Virus record (IMG/VR): IMGVR_UViG_3300027708_000023
Source: a virus
Reading direction: 5' to 3' (one strand)
Length of the DNA stretch: 64,000 bases
Part shown: positions 52,476 through 63,676 of the stretch, piece by piece
How positions within the stretch are numbered: position 1 is the first letter of the stretch
Layout of the letters: the number at the start of each line of letters is the position of its first letter
Notes under the pieces: generated by a model
What the model saw: the letters and a program-made list of their open reading frames with translations, nothing else
Told to the model about the DNA's origin: nothing
Database searches by the model: none
Program-made: the position numbers and the translations under genes

Positions 52476-55142
52476 TTGCCTCTCCCGATAACAACACAGT
52501 TGACCGGCTGATCTCCAACCATATCAACGTAGTACGCTGCGTGTCGCCCATTATACCAATAGAACTTCTCTTGTCCATCCCAGTTGTCGTTTTCAACAAG
52601 TGTGCCAGTAGAAACATCGGGATTATCGTAACCACCCTCATAGCCCGGAATCACCACCATGCTATCCTGCGGTACCATCTTCAGTTGTTCGATCAGTTCA
52701 GCAACAGTCATCATATTCCCTTTCGTGTTACCACTATCTTACACTACTATTATCGACAAGTCAAGAGCGAATCTTGAAAAAATATTGCTAATCATAAAGT
52801 CTTTAGAGATAAGGACTTACGTCAAACCCGGCCCCGCTGCCTTGCTCTAAGTTCTTTAGAGGCAAGGGCTTGCGTCAAATCCACAGATCGGCCGCGTTCT
52901 TCACAACGGCCTTTTCTTTGACAGACCCGACATTTTTGATCACGATCTCTTTGGTTCCCTTGAACTCTACCGTACCGTTAGAGTGCATCACCAGATAGGC
53001 CTCTCTGCCGTTCTTTCCCTTGAAGAAGTACAGAAGTTCACCCTCGTCTTCAAAGTCGCTTCGTGTCCACTGTCCAGTCATTTTCGCTTTTCCTCTACAA
53101 CTTGATAGAAACGCCCGTTAACGCTAATTGTACCACCAAACACGTCCCAGGTCAACTCCTCTTTCAAGGCCCGCTTGTGAGCAGCCAGAACAGCCCTGCG
53201 ATCCTGCTTCATCTGTTCCGCTGTCGCATCTGTCGAAATGATTCTCATGACTCGATTTTCTCCAGTTCGCTAAGGTAGGCATCCTTCTCGGTTCCGTCGT
53301 CGTACAAGACCCAGCACCAGACATTGTTTATAGCAGAGTCAAGCTGAATCACGGTTCCTTCGTGTCCGACCAATCCCTGCTTCTCTCCACGCGGCTTCCA
53401 ACGAATACGATCACCAACTGAAATATTGCTCATTGCAGATTTACTCCGTACTTGTGACACTGAAACCTCTCATCCATCTTTTCCGGCTCATCGCACGGTT
53501 CGATCATAATCGAAATACCGTTTGGTGCGGTAAACACATTACGGTAATCGCTATCTTCCCAATCGGGCATATCGTTGCCGACCCCGATCTGATCCATCAC
53601 CAGTGCGTCTGCATGGAACGTGGCCAGATCAAAGCTGCGAAATGCCTTCACATGAACCACTCGGTCATGCTGAACCATCAACACCAGATACATAATCAAC
53701 CTCCTCTTGTGAGCCTTTAGTCTACCATCTATTATCGGCATCGTCAAGGGAGAATCTTGAAAAATTATTTCTAGACGCAAATCCTTTAGAGGTAAGGACT
53801 TACGACAGATTCGGCCGCCCGCCCTTGAGCTAAGTCTTTTAGCAGCAAGGACTTGGATAATCTGGTGGGTAAGGTTGTTCTGGTGGCGGTGGTTTTGGTT
53901 GCCCCTCATCTGGCATCCACCAAGGAACGTCAAAATAATCAACATTGCCGGGAGCTTCACCACAATCAATATTATGAATACAAAAAGGATCATTATAGTT
54001 TATCCTATACTTTCCACGCCACACACCAATAGGCTCACCATAATAGATGATCTTTTGTCCATTAATAGGGCGGCGAGGCCCAAAGAAACTAATCCATTCC
54101 ATTTTGCACCTCTTTAGCAAAATTCTCTGCCGCTTCCTCTGTATAAAACCTACCAAGAAGTCCATTACTATTCCATACTGCCCATCTCTTATTTCCATCT
54201 ACAGCGTCACAGTAATATTCATCAATATCACCAATAAATATTTGTGATTCATTCATTTAGTCACCTCAATACTCCACTTAGTTCCCTTCAACTCAGCAAC
54301 CACACACATGTTCAGTTTAACCAGTTCGGCCACAATTTCGGCCAACCGCTCAATCTCGTTAATATTTAGATAGATCATTTCCAACCCTCTGGCATAGGAA
54401 TTCCTTGAAAGCTAGTATAACACACCACTAATGAATTGTCAAATTGTTTCCATTCTGCTGGCCCATCATCATACTCACCGTGCCACCACTCACCCCAACC
54501 ACCAAGCTCTTTATTCCAGGACAGAGTAAAAGGAAAAGAGTAATCTTTAACACAACAGATATAGAATCCATTTATAACAGGATTATTATAATTCCAGTTC
54601 ATTATATATTTCGACAAATTTCTACCCATGTGTCAATCAATTCCTTAGCAGTTATACCATGCTCATCTGCTAAAGTCAATGCCTCTTCCCGATTGGGTTT
54701 ATTTACAGCAGCCGATTGGCTCCTTAAAACCCTCAAAATCTTAATGATCGCCTCGTTTTTATTCATACCTATAAAAAGCTTCTCTTTCCTCGTATATATT
54801 TGCTATCGAGATTCTAACTTCAACCCATTCGTCTAGGCTGTCAAAATCTTCAAGGCTTTCGGCCAACTCACTATCCTCATAGCATTCTACGATATACTGA
54901 CCCCAACTCTCATAGTTATCATTAGCAAGTTCTTTTGCTTCAGCAATCAGTTCTGGTGTGACATTCAACATGACATTCTCCTCTTGTGTCAAGCCATTCT
55001 ACACTACTATTATCGACCTGTCAATGGAGTTTTCTTTAGAAGATTCTTTTTGACGTAAAGTTTTGTGGTATAATGAGTTAGAACAAATTCGGCGGGCCGG
55101 TTTTGACGCAAGTCCTTTGTTCACTGGAACTTACGTCTCACG

Positions 55143-56138
55143 GAGAGTATTGTATACCGGTTGTAAATGGATCGACTTGCAATGATATGGGAATCGCACC
55201 CCATACGCCGCTAGGACGTGCTTGTTTTTATCACTACGATAGTTTTACAATAAGTGTCCGGTATCACGCACATTACCAACCACAAGTTACCCTGTGGTAT
55301 CTATCCGACCCCTGTTTATAACCAGCGAACCATTTACGATCCGGTTCTATAATCCACCTAAGACTCGGTATTTAAATGCCCCGAATAGGCAATTACTTAG
55401 TGGAAACCGTCCACGCTGCTTCCTTTGGGTCATGACTCCAACATACACAGAGGCTCAGAGGCGACGGTTACTGGTTGTTCGGTATCCGGCTGTTAGTTCA
55501 GCGATCTTACCCGATGAAAGATAAGACACGGTTTTAGCGCCGTGGTGTTAATTCACTCCATTACCCGATGAAGGATAATACCGGATTGTATTATAACGTG
55601 GTGGGGACGCGATCCCCCATAGATTGGCATTACTATCCAGTGCGTAACCAACACTGTCAGCACCATCGCTGCCGCGACATGCGGTGCTTATCGTAATGAG
55701 TTACCCAACCTAGTCCAAGGCATGGACCCACGGGCTTTGGAACTGAAGCTCCTTTCTCTCATTCTCTCCCAAGTGTGACCGTTGGGTCTCTTGGCGAGTT
55801 CTTTCAGTTCGCTTGTGTTGTGCGGGAGTCACATCTTTATTATCCCGCGTCCCCTCTTCATTAGGTTATGCACAACGACTAACCGTCGCTGCGAGGGTGT
55901 TCACAATCAGATTGGGTTATGCCATACTCGGCCTTGCATTTAACCGTGGCTTCTTTGATATCATTCTGCCAGCGGCCCTCATCTGCTTGTATTGTGCGGG
56001 TGGGTGGTTTCGTCTTTTGGAATAAACCATGAACTTGACCACCTATTTAACTTCCCAGCTCCCATGGTAGCTATTGGGGAGTTGCTCATTGCAACCTTGC
56101 AACCCGCGTCGTATTGTCAATGATCGGCTCGAACTCTC
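55143..56138 (-). ncRNA. Candidate ~1-kb highly structured ncRNA
   Basis: Promoter TTGACA-17-TAGAAT at 56169..56141; no minus-strand ORF >=60 aa; three nested 5'/3' terminal helices; many hairpins; 3' T-loop-like hairpin. Confidence 0.75.
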
Positions 56139-56290
56139 GTATTCTACATCTATTATCGTCAATTGTCAAGCCCTCTCTACAGAAATTCTGAAAAATTTTT
56201 AGATTGACGTAACTCTATAGACCATAAGTACTTATGTCAAGCAGGGCCGCCCGCCCTATCCCTAAGTTGTTTAAGGATAAGGACTTACGA

Positions 56291-59200
56291 TTAGTTGTTA
56301 CTAGCCCCAATAGACTCACGAACCCTAACCACCCCATCCCTCTTGGCAATCTCAAGAGCACCACAGATAAAAGCCTGAAACTTATCCAGTTCTGCGGTCA
56401 TAAGCTCAGGATTATAATCAATAGCCTGTATAATCATCTTCATAGCAAAACTAGCCACACGACCAGCAATCAAACCTTTTTCTTCACTTGTCAGCATAAT
56501 TTTCTCCTTACTCCAAGTATACTCTATTAAAGACTCTTTGTCAACCCCTGACTATGTGCTGACTATGCCCACCCAGCCCAACCCCGTAGGGTTAGGAGGG
56601 ACAAACACGAGAGATTCTTTCAAGCATCAAATTCTTCCCGTATAGCTTTTCAGCCATAGACAACGCATGATAAGAACTGTACGCATGAACATAGCCTACA
56701 ATCTTAGTACCCTTCATGACCATGTATGTATCGGTAATCATACTTCTTCCTCCTCTGAGCCAGCAAACATTTCTTCCCAATCTTGAGCATCAAGCCCTGT
56801 TTTCAGAATCTCACGATCATCAGCACCAAGATACGGGAAGCAATTCTGAATCAAACCACCATTCAGCCACTCATTGGCATCACTGAGTTTGGTTGAGATA
56901 CAGAACGGACGACCACCAACACTGTAGCCGCTGAACCTAACAATATCACCTTCCACAGTGCGAGTCACGACATCTCTCAGAGCATACGGCTTATCTATAA
57001 ACATCTTTTTCTCCTTTTGATTCCCCATATTCTACACTACTATTATCGGCCTGTCAAGAGGAAAAACTTGAGCAATAAAAGATTGTCGTAAAGTATTGTG
57101 GCATAAAGACTTACGACGCGCCGGGCGGGCCGACCTCGCCCTAAGTCCTTTGGTGTCAAAGGGTTAGGGGTTGGTCAGTTAGTAGGCAGAGACTGCTAGT
57201 TTTTAGAACAGGTTAGCAAACCCGCTCTTGAACAAAGCACCAGCCAGAAGAGGCTTTCGGCACTTCGTCACTCGCTCTGCGTAGAAATTACGCACCTTAC
57301 CATCCGCAGTTCGACACGTTACCAGATTGGTAGTACGCACAAACTCAGGATCATTGATACGATATCGACTCTTTCGATTCAGTCTCTTAATCTGGTCAGC
57401 AGTCAGCGTCTGCTTGCCGATCACCTTAGCCAGAAAACGCTCATGCGTTCCATGCAAAGGCTGCTCGTAAACAAAGTTGAAAACCTGACCCTCTTGAGCA
57501 TTCGCCAAGCTAGCCTTCGATCCACCATAGACCGAATAGAAGACGAAACCCACAACAGCAGCGGCAACAGCCGCAAGAATCGAACCAAACAGAATCACAT
57601 CACTCATAGAAACCCTTTCAAATTGAAAACCGATCACAACATCCATGCCACAAGTCTACACTAATTATCGTCGTTTGTCAAGCACAAACTTTAGAAAAAC
57701 TTTCTGCCCAGTATTCTTCCATTTCTGCCATATTGATACCACTATCATTCCAAGCCACACAATCGGGTGTTTCGAATCGAATAGGGTCTTTGGTAAAAAT
57801 CTCACGAATCAAAATCTTGAAATGATCGTAAGAGGTACACTGCTTTGCCAGACTATACATATTTTCATCATTACTGATCCACAGACAAACATTCCATGTC
57901 TGGTAGTTTTGATAGCCGTTGTAACTTCCATCGGGACTCATGTTTCACTCTCTCTTTCTCGTATACGTCATTCTACCATATATTATCGGCAAAATCAAGG
58001 GGCAAACTTGAATCTTACGGAATTGTAAGGATTCTCGTAAAGTGTTGCAGAGTAAGGACTTACGTCGAACGCGGCCCGCCCCGTCGGCCCTAAGTGCTTG
58101 AACACAAAGGGTTTACGACGAGACATTATTTTTTACTCAAAATCAACAAAGATGATTTGAGCATAACCGCGAGGCTTAACTGTATAGCCGTCGCCATAGT
58201 CATAGGTCTCGGCCTTGACCGCTGTCATACCGGCCAGAGCCTTAGCTTTACGAACAACGCTACGCTGGCTAGCATTCTTCTTAGGGATGAACTCATAACG
58301 ATTCACCCAACCATAGTTAGCTTCACCACCAAAAGTATCCGTATGGGTAACAACGCACTTCATTTAACAAGTTCCTTTGCTTTCATGGTTTCAAGATACA
58401 ACTGTTCCAACATCTTCACACGACTTACTGCACGATTCGTCTCACGATTCATGAGTATAACAGCTTTTTCGTGTGCTGTCAATACCTTCTTTTTGGTTTT
58501 CATTTTTGATACTCCTAGCCAAACATCTCATACTCTTCATCGGTCAATGCTACCTCATCGGGACGATAGCAGTTATTGCCATACAAATCGCGATTCTTAG
58601 GACGCTTTTCCCATTCATCCATGAATCGGTTGTATTCTTCAAGACGCTTTTCTTCTTCACTTTTCATTCTTCGCTCTCTCTTTCTCTACTCTATTATCGA
58701 CAAGTATAGCATAGAAACTTTAGGTGTCAAGCGGGTAGTTTCCTTGCAATACTGTAAGGTTATCGTAAAGCATTGCAACATAAAGACTTATGACAAATGC
58801 GGCCCGCCCCGCCAGCCCTAAGTGCTTATGCACAAAGGGTTTAGGGGTAGTGCTTAGAATTTTCCTCCAAAATCTGGACTAATTCCAAGTTGCTGCTGAA
58901 CATCCTCGTCGTCCAGAATATCTTGGTCGATCATAAAATCCATGTCATCAAAGAACACTTCGATTTCTGGTTTTCCGTCATATGCGAGAATAGCAGCAAA
59001 ATCATAGATCATAAAGTAGGCCGTAGCTTGTACCCATGATTCTACAAGCCCAGAATGTAACTCAATAGTATCTCTATTAAGATAAACATACTCTATTGCA
59101 GAACACTTGGTACTCTCATTCATTTCATCCCACACGGGAATTTCTTGATTATGCTTATTCAGTTCTTCATCCAGCACACCATCTTCCCGCCACTGTACAT

Positions 59201-62200
59201 AATTTTCGTATGTGGCCTCGATAATACCCGTCGCAATCTTTCGATACTGCATTATACATTTCCTTTCAATTAGTCGTTATATGGCCCATCTTCATTGTAA
59301 TCCACAAATCCCACAGCCTCATCGGCATGGAAATCTTCCTGATAGTCTAAATCTTCCCCATAGCAACCGTAATCCTCATCGGTTCCCCATCCAGCGGAAG
59401 CCAACGCAGACTCAGCATCACCATCCATACTATCATCAAACGAATCATTCTCAAATTCTCCAACGGTATCATCTTCCTCGAAATCGTCGTATTCGTAGCT
59501 CATGATCAGTCCCTCACGATGGTAGTAATGTAAAACAAACCGATATAACCCACAACAAAAGCAATTGCACTAAGCATTAGTATACTCCTCGGGAACAAAT
59601 TCGTCAACAGCACCCACAACGTCGGCCCAATCCCAAAAGTTGACTTCCACACTGGGATCGTCAATTGGCTCGACCATCGGCTCGACAATACCCGCTTCGG
59701 CCATATCGTTCAGAATATCGTTGATCTCGTCGAAGTTCAGCATGATTCTGGTTCCTGTGGTTTCCGTTCGTGATGCTGGTATTCTACACTTATTATCGAC
59801 CCATTGCAAGCCCTAGCGTAAAAGTTTTTCCTTGCAATCTCGTAAGGTTGTTGTAAAGTGTTGCAGCATAAGCACTTACGCTTCGCGGGGCGGGCCGCGC
59901 TCGACGTAAGTCCTTACAGATGAAGGAGATACGTCAAGCCACATCCTAGAATGAAACACAACCCAAATAGAATATAATCACTGATTTTCATCATTTTCCT
60001 CCATATACATGATATTTGACATACTAGCATACAGAATAATACCAACAATATACCCAAAAGCCACACTAATAAAATCAAATTGATACATCCCTGTATCTCC
60101 ATTTTGGTTTAAGTGGTCAATCCCCGTATCCTACCCAGAAATCATCACCCTCATCATTCTTCATAAGAGTATAACCCCTAGACTTCATATTCTCATACTC
60201 GTTGATTCTCTGCCAGACTTCACAGAAAGTTTCCATAACTTTAAGGAAAGCCCCCATAACCCACACAAAAGGATATTCAATCATTCTCATAGTCAAGCCT
60301 CCACAGTGTTGGCAACATGGGTCATATTCTCACACTGGTCAAGATAGCACGAACGATATTCGGTCAGACCAATTTTCACAATCATCATCTTACCCTTGGG
60401 CTTGTCAAGAACCCTACGAACTTCACCACGGTAATTCTCACCCTTATAATCAAACTCGACCCAATCATACCGCTTAATATAGTCCATCATACATTCCTCT
60501 TGGTTACTGGTCATCTTCTCTATACCTATTATCGACATTCTACACTGCAAAACTTTAGTTGTCAACCTTACAAGACCCACAGGTTCCGCTGACTATGCTG
60601 ACTATATCCAAACCACCCAAACCCGTAGGGTTAGCTGAGACTCTCAATTTCCTTTATTTCTGCTCAGAGCAGCATGGCACACTATCTGATCAAGCGTATA
60701 CCATTCACCATCACCGTATCGGCCAGAAAGCCGAATCTTCAGATTCTTTCCGATAATTTGCTGGACAATACCATACCCGTCAACCACCTGAACCACATCG
60801 CCAACCATAATCTTTTGCATCTTTTTCCTCTTTTGAGTATTCTATCGAACTTTTCTGCCGTCGTCAACCCCTCTTATGCGGGGGTAGGTTGCGACCGATA
60901 ATACTTCGCCCACAGTTCATTCATCACGAACTGGACAACACGATCATGAGTACCACGACAAACGTAGTATCCCATGTGAATGTCGAACAGAGCAAACGTT
61001 CCATCCTCTTTCGGATGAAACGTAAACCCACACTTGTAGGCATACCCATTGATCTTACCCTTGACGGTCGAAACTTTCGGAGGCTTTCTCATTTTCATTT
61101 TCTCTCTTTCTTGTCTTACCATTATACATCTATTATCGTCATTTGTCAATAGGGTAGACCAGAAAAAGTTTCCTTGCAATGCTGTAAGGTATTTCTAACA
61201 TGATTTGGTACAGCATTTGCTATGGTGTCGTAAGTCGTTGTGGAATAAGCACTTACGTCAAGCGGGGCCGGCCCGCCTTGCCCTAAGTCCTTTAGCAGCA
61301 AGGCTTTACGTCAAGTTTTTCTTTTCCTGTATATCCGTTCAGTACCCACCCAAACGGGGAGGTAGAGCTTAGGGTACAGCTGTACATACTTACTCTTTAC
61401 ATAACGCTCAGCCTCTAGTGTAACGTCGTATACTAGTGTACAGTCGTTCATTCTTCCCCCTTGAAGCTGAACGGGCTGATTTCCAGATGAGCAACCGCCC
61501 CATACTGCTTGGTTAGTTCCTCGATACGCTCACGCGAACCCGGCTTGCCAACCGGAACGATCATGGTATCCTGTCCCCCCACATAGCGGGGGTCGGCCTT
61601 TTCCTTGCGAGTCTTGCCGATATTCTTCAAGGCAGTACGATTGAACTTGAGAACCTTTTCGGTCACAACGTAACGCTTGTGGTCAGTCACACCGTGAACG
61701 TAGTCAACGTCGATGATAAACTGCTCATCGGCTACTTCGTGGCGAACGGGAATCGCGATACCCTTGAAGATCGCACGGGCTTGACGCTTGGCATTTTCGA
61801 TGATGGGGAACTTGGTTTTCATTGTCTTTTCTCTCTTAGGGTCTATCGTTCTCTTGTGTGTGGATTCTATCAACAATTCTTTTGCCTATCAACCCCCACT
61901 ATGGGTGGGTCGATAAGTCCAGGGGTGTCCGTAGGCATCCACTGCGGGCGAAAGCTCATGGTCTGCACAGTCATGGAGATTTCCACCTTCTGTACGCACT
62001 ACCCACACATTGCCCTCATCATAGTAGTAGGAAACAATCTTTCCAACAATCTGTTTCTCGAATCCCTTGAGCATCACACTATCACCAATTTCGTACATTC
62101 TTTTCTCTCTTTCTTGTGTGTTCATTATACCAAAATGATTTTATGTTGTCAACCTTACAATGTCGTAAGGCTCACCATCCATTTTGACGATAGGTTTCGT

Positions 62201-63676
62201 TCAATGATTCGTTTTCACGACGTTGCCTACTATTCATAGGTTCATCACCAACTTCCCAATTATCCTTTAACGCATCATATCCATCATCAGAATTCTTACG
62301 AACATCATCGAAATCATCATAATCATACCGTGTGTCAGAATAACTCATTTTCTTTCCTCTTTCTTTTTCTTTCTTCTCTATCTATTATACGCTATGAATA
62401 GGAAAAGGTTCAAGAGAAATCCGGATATTTTTATGTCAAGAGAATTTGACAAAACTTTTCGTCATTTTCTTTCTCATTGGCATACCATTTGCTAAGTCGT
62501 CGTAAAGTCTTACTGGGTAAGCACTTACGTCGCGCCCGGCCCGCCCGCCTTGCCCTAAGTCGTTTAGGGACAAGGACTTACGTTCAGTGTTGCTTATTTA
62601 TCCTGCGATTCGCAAAAACCAGCAATGCCAAGCAACCAATGCCTAGTGTACAGCTGAGTACTGAACATCCGAACAGTGTAGCATAGAATTCAGCATATCC
62701 TACAGTAGTAGGCTCACAGTTAGGATGTCCCAAGCCGATAGCCTGCATTACGACAACAAGCAAACAAATCGAAACGCTCCACAACATCGTAAAGGTAAAA
62801 ACGTTCATTTTTTTCTTTCTTAGTAAATAAGGTTCATATCGGCCACAACCATACCATCTTCATACTCTAGGCCACATTCCAGATACCATTGTCCCTTGCG
62901 TTGATACACACGCACGGGCGAATACTGATTGATTCTATCCTTAGTGGTACTCGTATGCCAACCCCCACTATTGAGGGTAGCACTATTGTCGGGATGAATC
63001 TTTACCACATAGGTACTATGCAGCATGATCCCTACGCTACCATCAGGAAGAATTTCCGCATAGGTATTGTTGCCAACCTTGCGAGTATCCTTATTAGTCT
63101 TACCACGAACCATCTTCACTGCTTCACTGTGTGTCATGCGAGAACCTTTCAATAGTTGTAGTCGTCGTAGTCGTGGAGCATGGAATGGATAGCATTACCC
63201 ACCTCATGCACGGTATAGGTAATGAAAGCACAACCAGCAATCAAGGCAAACAGTTGAACATAGTCGATAATCGTCAGCATTAGGATCTCTCTTTCTTGTG
63301 TTGTTATTCTACATCTATTATCGACCAATGTCAACCCCTAGCAGCAAGAAAAACTTCCTTACAATACCGTAAGCTTTCTCTAAGTCTATATGGAATAAGC
63401 ACTTACATAGAGTTCGGCCCGCCACGCTCGCCCTAAGTCCTTATAGGGCAAGGCTTTGCGTCAAGAGGCGTGAATGAACACTTGTTCACTTCTCAGTCTG
63501 CTATTGATAGTTACGATCCAGTTTTTTCCGCTACCATCCTCACGCATGATACCGTTGATAAGGCCCACATGAGCGTTACCCTTGGGGTCGAGCACGCAGT
63601 GATACTTGCCAGCTCGCATAGCAGAGAAAATCTTGTCAAGGTTATTCGTTACCGGCTTATAGGCTGTTGCAAACAT
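56291..63676 (-). CDS. ~20 small hypothetical genes in repeat-bounded, individually promoted modules (e.g. 57203..57646, 58854..59252, 61448..61876, 62820..63152)
   Basis: Minus-strand ORFs with AG-rich SDs, each block preceded by a TTGACA..TAGAAT/TATAAT promoter. Confidence 0.6.
58013..63374. promoter_or_regulatory. Palindromic operator-like site CCTTRC-N6-GTAAGG (6 copies)
   Basis: 58013, 58742, 59830, 61172, 62153, 63357; each lies just upstream of a module -35 box. Confidence 0.65.

Larger units (their letters stand above)
45435..63460. repeat. 16 copies of an 82-bp double-palindrome element (11-7-11 box, 24-bp GC-rich spacer, 11-7-11 box)
   Basis: Starts at 45435, 46645, 49091, 50768, 51538, 52793, 53776, 55054, 56208, 57087, 58036, 58764, 59852, 61229, 62501, 63379; box consensus CGTAAGTCCTT-N7-AAGGACTTACG; spacing invariant in all copies. 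Confidence 0.95.

Noticed and set aside
55103-56025. Short plus-strand ORFs (70-76 aa) in the ncRNA module
   Set aside because: They lie opposite the promoter and the genome-wide coding strand, with no SD or protein-like features.
55143-56138. Group I/II intron, RNase P RNA or rRNA fragment
   Set aside because: I could not find group II domain V, the RNase P GAGGAAAGUCC motif or flanking exons by eye. This is not formally excluded without Infernal.
45435-63460. CRISPR interpretation of the repeats
   Set aside because: Units are 82 bp, degenerate and separated by ~0.6-2.4 kb of gene-containing DNA; no cas genes are present.
45435-63460. 82-bp elements as simple intrinsic terminators
   Set aside because: There is no consistent U-tract, the GC spacer is only sometimes self-complementary, and the DUF932 module has a separate true terminator next to its element.
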